Positions 27,201 through 42,200 of a stretch of DNA of 64,000 bases are shown here, piece after piece; the first letter of the stretch is position 1; every line of letters starts with the position of its first letter. The stretch lies in contig CAXHJY010000096.1 in NCBI GenBank assembly GCA_964016885.1, forward strand, positions 2,480,001 through 2,544,000, written 5' to 3'. Below the pieces are notes generated by a model. That model was not told the DNA's origin, searched no databases, and worked only from the letters and a program-made list of their open reading frames with translations. This DNA comes from Eledone cirrhosa. Lineage: Eukaryota. A program made the translations under genes and the position numbers.

Positions 27201-30200
27201 TCCAAGGGGATATAATTTCCAGCCGTCCAAGGGGAGATAATTTTCAGCCGTCCAAGGAGAGGTAATTTCTAGCCGTCCAAGGAGAGATAATTTCCAGCCG
27301 TCCAAGGGGAGATAATTTCCAGCCGTCCAAGGGGAGATAATTTCCAGCCGTCCAAGGAGACATATTTTCCAGCCGTCCAAGGAGAGGTAATTCCTAGCCG
27401 TCCAAGGGGAGATAAATTCCAGCCTCCAAGGGGAGATAATTTCCAGCCAGCCAAGGGGAGATAATTTGTAAAAAAAATCAGGGGGAGATAATTTGTAAAG
27501 AAATCAGGGGGAGATAATTTGTAAAAAAAATCAGGGGGAGATAATTTGTAAAAAAAATCAGGGGGAGATAATTTGTAAAAAAAAATCAGGGGGAGATAAT
27601 TTGTAAAAAAAGTCAAGGGGAGATAATTTCCAGCCGTCCAAGGGAAGATAATTTCCAGCCCTCCAAGGGGCTATAATTTCCAGCGTCCAAGGGGAGATAA
27701 TTTCCAGCCAGCGAAGGGGAGATAATTTTTTTAAAAAAATGATTGGGAGATTTGTAAAAAAATCAGGGGGAGATAATTTGTAAAAAAAATCAAGGGGAGA
27801 TAATTTCCAGCCGTCCAAGGGGAGGTAATATCTAGCCGTCCAAGGGGTGATAATTTCCAGCCGTCCAAGGGGAGATAATTTCCAGCCGTCCAAGGGTAGA
27901 TAATATCCAGCCGTCCAAGGACATATTTTCCAGCCGTCCAAGGAGAGGTAATTTCTAGCCGTCCAAGGGGAGATAAATTCCAGCCTCCAAGGTGAGATAA
28001 TTTCCAGCCAGCCAAGGGGAGATAATTTGTAAAAAAATCAGGGGGAGATAATTTGTAAAAAAAATCAGGGGGAGATAATTTGTAAAAAAAAATCAGGGGG
28101 AGATAATTTGTAAAAAAAATCAAGGGGAGATAATTTCCAGCCGTCCAAGGGGAGATAATTTTCAGCCGTCCAAGGGGAGATAATTTCCCGCCAGCCAAGG
28201 GAAGATAATATTTAAAAAAATCAGGCGGAGATAATTTGTAAAAAAAATCAGGGGGAGATAATTTGTAAAAAAATCAGGGGGAGATAATTTGTAAAAAAAA
28301 AATCAGGGGGAGATAATTTGTAAAAAAAATCAGGGGGAGATAATTTGTAAAAAAAAATCAGGGGTAGATGAATTGTAAAAAAAAATCAGGGGGAGATAAT
28401 TTGTAAAAAAAATCAGGGGGAGATAATTTGTAAAAAAAATGAAAGGGGAGATAATATCCAGCCGTCCAAGGGGAGATAATTTCCAGCCGTCCAAGGGGAG
28501 ATAATTTCCAGCCGTCCAAGGGGAGATAATTTCCATCCTTCCAAGGGGATATAATTTCCAGCCGTCCAAGGGGAGATAATTTCCCGCCAGCCAAGGGAAG
28601 ATAATATTTAAAAAAATTAGGCGGAGATAATTTGTAAAAAAAATCAGGGGGAGATAATTTGTAAAAAATCAGGGGGAGATAATTTGTAAAAAAAATCAGG
28701 GGGAGATAATTTGTAAAAAAAATCATGGGGAGATAATTTGTAAAAAAAAATCAGGGGTAGATAATTTGTAAAAAAAAATCAGGGGGAGATAATTTGTAAA
28801 AAAAAATCAGGGGGAGATAATTTGTAAAAAAAATCAAGGGGAGATAATTTCCAGCCGTCCAAGGGGAGATAATTTTCAGCCGTCCAAGGAGAGGTAATTT
28901 CTAGCCGTCCAAGGGGAGATAATTTCCAGCCGTCCAAGGGGAGGTAATTTCCAGCCGTCCAAGGGGAGATAATTTTAAAAAAAAAATCAGGCGGAGATAA
29001 TTTGTAAAAAAAATCAAGGGGAGATAATTTGCAGCCGTCCAAGGGGAGATAATTTTCAGTCGTCCAAGGAGAGGTAATTTCTAGCCGTCCAAGGGGAGAT
29101 AATTGCCAGCCGTCCAAGGGGAGATAATTTCCAGCCGTCCAAGGGGAGATAATTTTTTTTAAAAAATCAGGCGGAGATAATTTGTAAAAAAAATCATTGG
29201 GAGATAATTTGTAAACAAAATCAGGGGGAGATAATTTGTAAAAAAAAATCAGGGGGAGATAATTTGTAAAAAAAATCATGGAGAGATAATTTCCAGCCGT
29301 CCAAGGGGAGATAATTTCCAGCCTTCCAAGGAGACATATTTTCCAGCCGTCCAAGGCGAGGTAATTTCTAGCCGTCCAAGGGGAGATAAATTCCAGCCTC
29401 CAAGGGGAGATAATTTCCAGCCAGCCAAGTGGAGATAATTTGTAAAAAAATCAGGGGGAGATAATTTGTAAAAAATATCAGGGAGATAATTTGTAAAAAA
29501 AAATCAGGGGGAGATAATTTGTAAAAAAAATCAGGGGGAGATAATTTGTAAAAAAAAATCAGGGGGAGATAATTTGTAAAAAAAATCAAGGGGAGATAAT
29601 TTCCAGCCGTCCAAGGGGAGATAATTTTCAGCCGTCCAAGGGGAGATAATTTCCCGCCAGCCAAGGGAAGATAATATTTAAAAAAATCAGGCGGAGATAA
29701 TTTGTAAAAAAAATCAGGGGGAGATAATTTGTAAAAAAATCAGGGGGAGATAATTTGTAAAAAAAAAATCAGGGGGAGATAATTTGTAAAAAAAATCAGG
29801 GGGAGATAATTTGTAAAAAAAAATCAGGGGTAGATAATTTGTAAACAAATATCAGGGGGAGATAATTTGTAAAAAAAAATCAGGGGGAGATAATTTGTAA
29901 AAAAAATGAAAGGGGAGATAATATCCAGCCGTCCAAGGGGAGATAATTTCCAGCCGTCCAAGGGGATATAATTTCCAGCCGTCCAAGGGGAGATAATTTC
30001 CATCCTTCCAAGGGGATATAATTTCCAGCCGTCCAAGGGGAGATAATTTCCCGCCAGCCAAGGGAAGATAATTTTTAAAAAAATCAGGCGGAGATTGTAA
30101 AAAAAATCAGGGGGGAGATAATTTGTAAAAAAATCAGGGGGAGATAATTTGTAAAAAATAATCAGGGGGAGATAATTTGTAAAAAAATTCAAGGGGAGAT

Positions 30201-33200
30201 AATTTCCAGCCGTCCAAGGGGAGATAATTTCCCGCCAGCCAAGGGAAGATAATATTTAAAAAAATCAGGCGGAGATTGTAAAAAAAATCAGGGGGGAGAT
30301 AATTTGTAAAAAAATCAGGGGGAGATAATTTGTAAAAAAAATCAGGGGGAGATAATTTGTAAAAAAATCAGCGGGAGATAATTTGTAAAAAAAATCAGGG
30401 GGAGATAATTTGTAAAAAAAATCATGGGGAGATAATTTGTAAAAAGAAATCAGGGGTAGATAATTTGTAAAAAAAAATCAGGGGGAGATAATTTGTAAAA
30501 AAAAATCAGGGGGAGATAATTTGTAAAAAAAATCAAGGGGAGATAATATCCAGCCGTCCAAGGAGAGATAATTTTAAAAAAAAATGAGGCGGAGATAATT
30601 TGTAAAAAAAAAATCAGGGGGAGTTAATTTGTAAAAAAAAATGAGGGGGAGATAATTTGTAAAAAAAATCAAGGGGAGATAATTTCCAGCCGTCCAAGGG
30701 GAGATAATTTTCAGCCGTCCAAGGAGAGGTAATTTCTAGCCGTCCAAGGGGAGATAATTTCCAGCCGTCCAAGGGGAGGTAATTTCCAGCCGTCCAAGGG
30801 GAGATAATTTAAAAAAAAAAATCAGGCGGAGATAATTTGTAAAAAAAATCAAGGGGAGATAATTTGCAGCCGTCCAAGGGGAGATAATTTTCAGTCGTCC
30901 AAGGAGAGGTAATTTCTAGCCGTCCAAGGGGAGATAATTTCCAGCCGTCCAAGGGGAGATAATTTCCAGCCGTCCAAGGGGAGATAATTTTTTTTAAAAA
31001 ATCAGGCGGAGATAATTTGTAAAAAAAATCAGGGGGAGATAATTTGTAAACAAAATCAGGGGGAGATAATTTGTAAAAAAAAATCAGGGGGAGATAATTT
31101 GTAAAAAAAATTAGGCGTAGATAATTTGTAAAAAAAAATCAGGGGGAGATAATTTGTAAAAAAAAATCAGGGGGAGATAATTTCCATCCTTCCAAGGGGA
31201 TATAATTTCCAGCCGTCCAAGGGGAGATAATTTCCATCCTTCCAAGGGGATATAATTTCCAGCCGTCCAAGGGGAGATAATTTTCAGCCGTCCAAGGAGA
31301 GGTAATTTCTAGCCGTCCAAGGAGAGATAATTTCCAGCCGTCCAAGGGGAGATAATTTCCAGCCGTCCAAGGGGAGATAATTTCCAGCCGTCCAAGGAGA
31401 CATATTTTCCAGCCGTCCAAGGAGAGGTAATTCCTAGCCGTCCAAGGGGAGATAAATTCCAGCCTCCAAGGGGAGATAATTTCCAGCCAGCCAAGGGGAG
31501 ATAATTTGTAAAAAAAATCAGGGGGAGATAATTTGTAAAGAAATCAGGGGGAGATAATTTGTAAAAAAAATCAGGGGGAGATAATTTGTAAAAAAAATCA
31601 GGGGGAGATAATTTGTAAAAAAAAATCAGGGGGAGATAATTTGTAAAAAAAGTCAAGGGGAGATAATTTCCAGCCGTCCAAGGGAAGATAATTTCCAGCC
31701 CTCCAAGGGGCTATAATTTCCAGCGTCCAAGGGGAGATAATTTCCAGCCAGCGAAGGGGAGATAATTTTTTTAAAAAAATCATTGGGAGATTTGTAAAAA
31801 AATCAGGGGGAGATAATTTGTAAAAAAAATCAAGGGGAGATAATTTCCAGCCGTCCAAGGGGAGGTAATATCTAGCCGTCCAAGGGGTGATAATTTCCAG
31901 CCGTCCAAGGGGAGATAATTTCCAGCCGTCCAAGGGTAGATAATATCCAGCCGTCCAAGGACATATTTTCCAGCCGTCCAAGGAGAGGTAATTTCTAGCC
32001 GTCCAAGGGGAGATAAATTCCAGCCTCCCAGGTGAGATAATTTCCAGCCAGCCAAGGGGAGATAATTTGTAAAAAAATCAGGGGGAGATAATTTGTAAAA
32101 AAAATCAGGGGGAGATAATTTGTAAAAAAAAATCAGGGGGAGATAATTTGTAAAAAAAATCAAGGGGAGATAATTTCCAGCCGTCCAAGGGGAGATAATT
32201 TTCAGCCGTCCAAGGGGAGATAATTTCCCGCCAGCCAAGGGAAGATAATATTTAAAAAAATCAGGCGGAGATAATTTGTAAAAAAAATCAGGGGGAGATA
32301 ATTTGTAAAAAAATCAGGGGGAGATAATTTGTAAAAAAAAAATCAGGGGGAGATAATTTGTAAAAAAAATCAGGGGGAGATAATTTGTAAAAAAAAATCA
32401 GGGGTAGATGAATTGTAAAAAAAAATCAGGGGGAGATAATTTGTAAAAAAAATCAGGGGGAGATAATTTGTAAAAAAAATGAAAGGGGAGATAATATCCA
32501 GCCGTCCAAGGGGAGATAATTTCCAGCCGTCCAAGGGGAGATAATTTCCAGCCGTCCAAGGGGAGATAATTTCCATCCTTCCAAGGGGATATAATTTCCA
32601 GCCGTCCAAGGGGAGATAATTTCCCGCCAGCCAAGGGAAGATAATATTTAAAAAAATTAGGCGGAGATAATTTGTAAAAAAAATCAGGGGGAGATAATTT
32701 GTAAAAAATCAGGGGGAGATAATTTGTAAAAAAAATCAGGGGGAGATAATTTGTAAAAAAAATCATGGGGAGATAATTTGTAAAAAAAAATCAGGGGTAG
32801 ATAATTTGTAAAAAAAAATCAGGGGGAGATAATTTGTAAAAAAAAATCAGGGGGAGATAATTTGTAAAAAAAATCAAGGGGAGATAATTTCCAGCCGTCC
32901 AAGGGGAGATAATTTTCAGCCGTCCAAGGAGAGGTAATTTCTAGCCGTCCAAGGGGAGATAATTTCCAGCCGTCCAAGGGGAGGTAATTTCCAGCCGTCC
33001 AAGGGGAGATAATTTTAAAAAAAAAATCAGGCGGAGATAATTTGTAAAAAAAATCAAGGGGAGATAATTTGCAGCCGTCCAAGGGGAGATAATTTTCAGT
33101 CGTCCAAGGAGAGGTAATTTCTAGCCGTCCAAGGGGAGATAATTGCCAGCCGTCCAAGGGGAGATAATTTCCAGCCGTCCAAGGGGAGATAATTTTTTTT

Positions 33201-33230
33201 AAAAAATCAGGCGGAGATAATTTGTAAAAA
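27140..33230 (+). repeat. ~2-kb block (~27140-29190) repeated at offset 4040 bp (~31180-33230)
   Basis: Offsets 27269/31309, 28330/32370 and 28779/32819 are 4040. Shared variants: GTAAAGAAATC, AAAGTCAAGG, AAGGGGTGAT, GTAGATGAATT. Confidence 0.85.
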
Positions 33231-36200
33231 AAATCAGGGGGAGATAATTTGTAAACAAAATCAGGGGGAGATAATTTGTAAAAAAAAATCAGGGGTAGAT
33301 AATTTGTAAAAAAAAATCAGGGGGAGATAATTTGTAAAAAAAAATCAGGGGGAGATAATTTGTAAAAAAAATCAAGGGGAGATAATTTCCAGCCGTCCAA
33401 GGGGAGATAATTTTCAGCCGTCCAAGGAGAGGTAATTTCTAACCGTCCGAGGAGAGATAATTTCCAGCCGTCCAAGGGGAGATAATTTCCAGCCGTCCAA
33501 GGGGAGATAATTTCCAGCCGTCCAAGGAGACATATTTTCCAGCCGTCCAAGGAGAGGTAATTTCTAGCCGTCCAAGGGGAGATAAATTCCAGCCTCCAAG
33601 GGGAGATAATTTCCAGCCAGCCAAGGGGAGATAATTTGTAAAAAAATCAGGGGGAGATAATTTGCAAAAAAAATCAGGGGGAGATAATTTGTAAAAAAAA
33701 TCAGGGGGAGATAATTTGTAAAAAATAATCAGGGGGAGATAATTTCCAGCCGTCCAAGGGAAGATAATTTCCAGCCCTCCAAGGGGCTATAATTTCCAGT
33801 GTCCAAGGGGAGATAATTTCCAGCCAGCGAAGGGGAGATAATTTTTTTTAAAAAATCATTGGGAGATTTGTAAAAAAAATCAGGGGGAGATAATTTGTAA
33901 AAAAAATCAAGGGGAGATAATTTCCAGCCGTCCAAGGGGAGGTAATATCTAGCCGTCCAAGGGTAGATAATTTCCAGCCGTCCAACGGGAGATAATTTCC
34001 AGCCGTCCAAGGGTAGATCATATCCAGCCGCCCAAGGACATATTTTCCAGCCGTCCAAGGAGAGGTAATTTCTAGCCGTCCAAGGGGAGATAATTTCCAG
34101 CCGTCCAAGGGTAGATAATATCCAGCCGTCCAAGGACATATTTTCCAGCCGTCCAAGGAGAGGTAATTTCTAGCCGTCCAAGGGGAGATAAATTCCAGCC
34201 TCCAAGGGGAGATAATTTCCAGCCAGCCAAGGGGAGATAATTTGTAAAAAAATCAGGGGGAGATAATTTGTAAAAAAAATCAGGGGGAGATAATTTGTAA
34301 AAAAAAATCAGGGGGAGATAATTTGTAAAAAAAAATCAGGGTGAGATAATTTGCAAAAAAAATCAGGGGGAGATAATTTGTAAAAAAAAATCAGGGGTAG
34401 ATAATTTGTAAAAAAAAATCAGGGGGAGATAATTTGTAAAAAAAAATCAGGGGGAGATAATTTGTAAAAAAAATCAAGGGGAGATAATTTCCAGCCGTCC
34501 AAGAAGAGATAATTTAAAAAAAAATCAGGCGGAGATAATTTGTAAAAAAAAATCAGGGGGAGATAATTTGTAAAAAAAATCAGGGGGAGATAATTTGTAA
34601 AAAAAAATCAGGGGTAGATAATTTGTAAAAAAAAATCAGGGGGAGATAATTTGTAAAAAAAAATCAGGAGGAGATAATTTGTAAAAAAAATCAAGGGGAG
34701 ATAATTTCCAGCCGTCCAAGGAGAGATAATTTAAAAAAAAATCAGGCGGAGATAATTTGTAAAAAAAAATCAGGGGGAGATAATTTGTAAAAAAAAATCA
34801 GGGGGAGATAATTTGTAAAAAAAATCAAGGGGAGATAATTTCCAGCCGTCCAAGGGGAGATAATTTTCAGCCGTCCAAGGGGAGATAATTTCCCGCCAGC
34901 CAAGGGAAGATAATATTCAAAAAAATCAGGCGGAGATAATTTGTAAAAAAAATCAGGGGGAGATAATTTGTAAAAAAATCAGGGGGAGATAATTTGTAAA
35001 AAAAAAATCAGGGGGAGATAATTTGTAAAAAAAATCAGGGGGAGATAATTTGTAAAAAAAATCAGGGGTAGATAATTTGTAAAAAAAAATCAGGGGGAGA
35101 TAATTTGTAAAAAAAAATCAGGGGGAGATAATTTGTAAAAAAAATGAAAGGGGAGATAATATCCAGCCGTCCAAGGGGAGATAATTTCCAGCCGTCCAAG
35201 GGGAGATAATTTCCAGCCGTCCAAGGGGAGATAATTTCCATCCTTCCAAGGGGATATAATTTCCAGCCGTCCAAGGGGAGATAATTTCCATCCTTCCAAG
35301 GGGATATAATTTCCAGCCGTCCAAGGGGAGATAATTTTCAGCCGTCCAAGGAGAGGTAATTTCTAGCCGTCCAAGGAGAGATAATTTCCAGCCGTCCAAG
35401 GGGAGATAATTTCCAGCCGTCCAAGGGGAGATAATTTCCAGCCGTCCAAGGAGACATATTTTCCAGCCGTCCAAGGAGAGGTAATTCCTAGCCGTCCAAG
35501 GGGAGATAAATTCCAGCCTCCAAGGGGAGATAATTTCCAGCCAGCCAAGGGGAGATAATTTGTAAAAAAAATCAGGGGGAGATAATTTGTAAAAAAAATC
35601 AGGGGGAGATAATTTGTAAAAAAAAATCAGGGGTAGATAATTTGTAAAAAATAATCAGGGGGAGATAATTTGTAAAAAAAATCAAGGGGAGATAATTTCC
35701 AGCCGTCCAAGGGGAGATAATTTTCAGCCGTCCAAGGGGAGATAATTTCCCGCCAGCCAAGGGAAGATAATATTTAAAAAAATTAGGCGGAGATAATTTG
35801 TAAAAAAAATCAGGGGGAGATAATTTGTAAAAAAATCAGGGGGAGATAATTTGTAAAAAAAATCAGGGGGAGATAATTTGTAAAAAAAATCAGGGGGAGA
35901 TAATTTGTAAAAAAAAATCAGGGGGAGATAATTTGTAAAAAAAATCAAGGGGAGATAATTTCCAGCCGTCCAAGGGAAGATAATTTCCAGCCCTCCAAGG
36001 GGCTATAATTTCCAGCGTCCAAGGGGAGATAATTTCCAGCCAGCGAAGGGGAGATAATTTTTTTTAAAAAATCATTGGGAGATTTGTAAAAAAAATCAGG
36101 GGGAGATAATTTGTAAAAAAAATCAAGGGGAGATAATTTCCAGCCGTCCAAGGGGAGGTAATATCTAGCCGTCCAAGGGGAGATAATTTCCAGCCGTCCA

Positions 36201-39200
36201 AGTGGAGATAATTTCCAGCCGTCCAAGGGTAGATAATATCCAGCCGTCCAAGGACATATTTTCCAGCCGTCCAAGGAGAGGTAATTTCTAGCCGTCCAAG
36301 GGGAGATAAATTCCAGCCTCCAAGGTGAGATAATTTCCAGCCAGCCAAGGGGAGATAATTTGTAAAAAAATCAGGGGGAGATAATTTGTAAAAAAAATCA
36401 GGGGGAGATAATTTGTAAAAAAAAATCAGGGGGAGATAATTTGTAAAAAAAAATCAGGGGGAGATAATTTGTAAAAAAAAATCAGGGGGAGATAATTTGT
36501 AAAAAAATCAAGGGGAGATAATTTCCAGCCGTCCAAGGGGAGATAATTTTCAGCCGTCCAAGGGGAGATAATTTCCCGCCAGCCAAGGGAAGATAATATT
36601 TGAAAAAATCAGGCGGAGATAATTTGTAAAAAAAATCAGGGGGAGATAATTTGTAAAAAAATCAGGGGGAGATAATTTGTAAAAAAAAAATCAGGGGGAG
36701 ATAATTTGTAAAAAGAATCAGGGGGAGATAATTTGTAAAAAAAAATCAGGGGTAGATAAATTGTAAAAAAAAATCAGGGGGAGATAATTTGTAAAAAAAA
36801 TCAGGGGGAGATAATTTGTAAACAAAATGAAAGGGGAGATAATATCCAGCCGTCCAAGGGGAGATAATTTCCAGCCGTCCAAGGGGAGATAATTTCCAGC
36901 CGTCCAAGGGGAGATAATTTCCATCCTTCCAAGGGGATATAATTTCCAGCCGTCCAAGGGGAGATAATTTCCCGCCAGCCAAGGGAAGATAATTTTTAAA
37001 AAAATCAGGCGGAGATTGTAAAAAAAATCAGGGGGGAGATAATTTGTAAAAAAATCAGGGGGAGATAATTTGTAAAAAAAAATCAGGGGGAGATAATTTG
37101 TAAAAAATATTCAGGGGGAGATAATTTGTAAAAAAAATCAAGGGGAGATAATTTCCAGCCGTCCAAGGGGAGATAATTTCCCGCCAGCCAAGGGAAGATA
37201 ATATTTAAAAAAATTAGGCGGAGATAATTTGTAAAAAAAATCAGGGGGAGATAATTTGTAAAAAAATCAGGGGGAGATAATTTGTAAAAAAAATCAGGGG
37301 GAGATAATTTGTAAAAAAATTCATGGGGAGATAATTTGTAAAAAAAAATCAGGGGTAGATAATTTGTAAAAAAAAATCAGGGGGAGATAATTTGTAAAAA
37401 AAAATCAGGGGGAGATAATTTGTAAAAAAAATCAAGGGGAGATAATTTCCAGCCGTCCAAGGGGAGATAATTTTCAGCCGTCCAAGGAGAGGTAATTTCT
37501 AGCCGTCCAAGGGGAGATAATTTCCAGCCGTCCAAGGGGAGGTAATTTCCAGCCGTCCAAGGGGAGATAATTTTAAAAAAAAAATCAGGCGGAGATAATT
37601 TGTAAAAAAAAATCAGGGGGAGATAATTTGTAAAAAAAATCAAGGGGAGATAATTTCCAGCCGTCCAAGGGGAGATAATTTTCAGCCGTCCAAGGGGAGA
37701 TAATTTCCCGCCAGCCAAGGGAAGATAATATTTAAAAAAATCAGGCGGAGATAATTTGTAAAAAAAATCAGGGGGAGATAATTTGTAAAAAAATCAGGGG
37801 GAGATAATTTGTAAAAAAAAAATAAGGGGGAGATAATTTGTAAAAAAAATCAGGGGGAGATAATTTGTAAAAAAAAATCAGGGGTAGATAATTTGTAAAC
37901 AAATATCAGGGGGAGATAATTTGTAAAAAAAAATCAGGGGGAGATAATTTGTAAAAAAAATGAAAGGGGAGATAATATCCAGCCGTCCAAGGGGAGATAA
38001 TTTCCAGCCGTCCAAGGGGATATAATTTCCAGCCGTCCAAGGGGAGATAATTTCCATCCTTCCAAGGGGATATAATTTCCAGCCGTCCAAGGGGAGATAA
38101 TTTCCCGCCAGCCAAGGGAAGATAATTTTTAAAAAAATCAGGCGGAGATTGTAAAAAAAATCAGGGGGGAGATAATTTGTAAAAAAATCAGGGGGAGATA
38201 ATTTGTAAAAAATAATCAGGGGGAGATAATTTGTAAAAAAATTCAAGGGGAGATAATTTCCAGCCGTCCAAGGGGAGATAATTTCCCGCCAGCCAAGGGA
38301 AGATAATATTTAAAAAAATCAGGCGGAGATTGTAAAAAAAATCAGGGGGGAGATAATTTGTAAAAAAATCAGGGGGAGATAATTTGTAAAAAAAATCAGG
38401 GGGAGATAATTTGTAAAAAAATCAGCGGGAGATAATTTGTAAAAAAAATCAGGGGGAGATAATTTGTAAAAAAAATCATGGGGAGATAATTTGTAAAAAG
38501 AAATCAGGGGTAGATAATTTGTAAAAAAAAATCAGGGGGAGATAATTTGTAAAAAAAAATCAGGGGGAGATAATTTGTAAAAAAAATCAAGGGGAGATAA
38601 TATCCAGCCGTCCAAGGAGAGATAATTTTAAAAAAAAATGAGGCGGAGATAATTTGTAAAAAAAAAATCAGGGGGAGTTAATTTGTAAAAAAAAATGAGG
38701 GGGAGATAATTTGTAAAAAAAATCAAGGGGAGATAATTTCCAGCCGTCCAAGGGGAGATAATTTTCAGCCGTCCAAGGAGAGGTAATTTCTAGCCGTCCA
38801 AGGGGAGATAATTTCCAGCCGTCCAAGGGGAGGTAATTTCCAGCCGTCCAAGGGGAGATAATTTAAAAAAAAAAATCAGGCGGAGATAATTTGTAAAAAA
38901 AATCAAGGGGAGATAATTTGCAGCCGTCCAAGGGGAGATAATTTTCAGTCGTCCAAGGAGAGGTAATTTCTAGCCGTCCAAGGGGAGATAATTTCCAGCC
39001 GTCCAAGGGGAGATAATTTCCAGCCGTCCAAGGGGAGATAATTTTTTTTAAAAAATCAGGCGGAGATAATTTGTAAAAAAAATCAGGGGGAGATAATTTG
39101 TAAACAAAATCAGGGGGAGATAATTTGTAAAAAAAAATCAGGGGGAGATAATTTGTAAAAAAAATTAGGCGTAGATAATTTGTAAAAAAAAATCAGGGGG

Positions 39201-42200
39201 AGATAATTTGTAAAAAAAAATCAGGGGGAGATAATTTCCATCCTTCCAAGGGGATATAATTTCCAGCCGTCCAAGGGGAGATAATTTCCATCCTTCCAAG
39301 GGGATATAATTTCCAGCCGTCCAAGGGGAGATAATTTTCAGCCGTCCAAGGAGAGGTAATTTCTAGCCGTCCAAGGAGAGATAATTTCCAGCCGTCCAAG
39401 GGGAGATAATTTCCAGCCGTCCAAGGGGAGATAATTTCCAGCCGTCCAAGGAGACATATTTTCCAGCCGTCCAAGGAGAGGTAATTCCTAGCCGTCCAAG
39501 GGGAGATAAATTCCAGCCTCCAAGGGGAGATAATTTCCAGCCAGCCAAGGGGAGATAATTTGTAAAAAAAATCAGGGGGAGATAATTTGTAAAGAAATCA
39601 GGGGGAGATAATTTGTAAAAAAAATCAGGGGGAGATAATTTGTAAAAAAAATCAGGGGGAGATAATTTGTAAAAAAAAATCAGGGGGAGATAATTTGTAA
39701 AAAAAGTCAAGGGGAGATAATTTCCAGCCGTCCAAGGGAAGATAATTTCCAGCCCTCCAAGGGGCTATAATTTCCAGCGTCCAAGGGGAGATAATTTCCA
39801 GCCAGCGAAGGGGAGATAATTTTTTTAAAAAAATCATTGGGAGATTTGTAAAAAAATCAGGGGGAGATAATTTGTAAAAAAAATCAAGGGGAGATAATTT
39901 CCAGCCGTCCAAGGGGAGGTAATATCTAGCCGTCCAAGGGGTGATAATTTCCAGCCGTCCAAGGGGAGATAATTTCCAGCCGTCCAAGGGTAGATAATAT
40001 CCAGCCGTCCAAGGACATATTTTCCAGCCGTCCAAGGAGAGGTAATTTCTAGCCGTCCAAGGGGAGATAAATTCCAGCCTCCAAGGTGAGATAATTTCCA
40101 GCCAGCCAAGGGGAGATAATTTGTAAAAAAATCAGGGGGAGATAATTTGTAAAAAAAATCAGGGGGAGATAATTTGTAAAAAAAAATCAGGGGGAGATAA
40201 TTTGTAAAAAAAATCAAGGGGAGATAATTTCCAGCCGTCCAAGGGGAGATAATTTTCAGCCGTCCAAGGGGAGATAATTTCCCGCCAGCCAAGGGAAGAT
40301 AATATTTAAAAAAATCAGGCGGAGATAATTTGTAAAAAAAATCAGGGGGAGATAATTTGTAAAAAAATCAGGGGGAGATAATTTGTAAAAAAAAAATCAG
40401 GGGGAGATAATTTGTAAAAAAAATCAGGGGGAGATAATTTGTAAAAAAAAATCAGGGGTAGATGAATTGTAAAAAAAAATCAGGGGGAGATAATTTGTAA
40501 AAAAAATCAGGGGGAGATAATTTGTAAAAAAAATGAAAGGGGAGATAATATCCAGCCGTCCAAGGGGAGATAATTTCCAGCCGTCCAAGGGGAGATAATT
40601 TCCAGCCGTCCAAGGGGAGATAATTTCCATCCTTCCAAGGGGATATAATTTCCAGCCGTCCAAGGGGAGATAATTTCCCGCCAGCCAAGGGAAGATAATA
40701 TTTAAAAAAATTAGGCGGAGATAATTTGTAAAAAAAATCAGGGGGAGATAATTTGTAAAAAATCAGGGGGAGATAATTTGTAAAAAAAATCAGGGGGAGA
40801 TAATTTGTAAAAAAAATCATGGGGAGATAATTTGTAAAAAAAAATCAGGGGTAGATAATTTGTAAAAAAAAATCAGGGGGAGATAATTTGTAAAAAAAAA
40901 TCAGGGGGAGATAATTTGTAAAAAAAATCAAGGGGAGATAATTTCCAGCCGTCCAAGGGGAGATAATTTTCAGCCGTCCAAGGAGAGGTAATTTCTAGCC
41001 GTCCAAGGGGAGATAATTTCCAGCCGTCCAAGGGGAGGTAATTTCCAGCCGTCCAAGGGGAGATAATTTTAAAAAAAAAATCAGGCGGAGATAATTTGTA
41101 AAAAAAATCAAGGGGAGATAATTTGCAGCCGTCCAAGGGGAGATAATTTTCAGTCGTCCAAGGAGAGGTAATTTCTAGCCGTCCAAGGGGAGATAATTGC
41201 CAGCCGTCCAAGGGGAGATAATTTCCAGCCGTCCAAGGGGAGATAATTTTTTTTAAAAAATCAGGCGGAGATAATTTGTAAAAAAAATCAGGGGGAGATA
41301 ATTTGTAAACAAAATCAGGGGGAGATAATTTGTAAAAAAAAATCAGGGGTAGATAATTTGTAAAAAAAAATCAGGGGGAGATAATTTGTAAAAAAAAATC
41401 AGGGGGAGATAATTTGTAAAAAAAATCAAGGGGAGATAATTTCCAGCCGTCCAAGGGGAGATAATTTTCAGCCGTCCAAGGAGAGGTAATTTCTAACCGT
41501 CCGAGGAGAGATAATTTCCAGCCGTCCAAGGGGAGATAATTTCCAGCCGTCCAAGGGGAGATAATTTCCAGCCGTCCAAGGAGACATATTTTCCAGCCGT
41601 CCAAGGAGAGGTAATTTCTAGCCGTCCAAGGGGAGATAAATTCCAGCCTCCAAGGGGAGATAATTTCCAGCCAGCCAAGGGGAGATAATTTGTAAAAAAA
41701 TCAGGGGGAGATAATTTGCAAAAAAAATCAGGGGGAGATAATTTGTAAAAAAAATCAGGGGGAGATAATTTGTAAAAAATAATCAGGGGGAGATAATTTC
41801 CAGCCGTCCAAGGGAAGATAATTTCCAGCCCTCCAAGGGGCTATAATTTCCAGTGTCCAAGGGGAGATAATTTCCAGCCAGCGAAGGGGAGATAATTTTT
41901 TTTAAAAAATCATTGGGAGATTTGTAAAAAAAATCAGGGGGAGATAATTTGTAAAAAAAATCAAGGGGAGATAATTTCCAGCCGTCCAAGGGGAGGTAAT
42001 ATCTAGCCGTCCAAGGGTAGATAATTTCCAGCCGTCCAACGGGAGATAATTTCCAGCCGTCCAAGGGTAGATCATATCCAGCCGCCCAAGGACATATTTT
42101 CCAGCCGTCCAAGGAGAGGTAATTTCTAGCCGTCCAAGGGGAGATAATTTCCAGCCGTCCAAGGGTAGATAATATCCAGCCGTCCAAGGACATATTTTCC

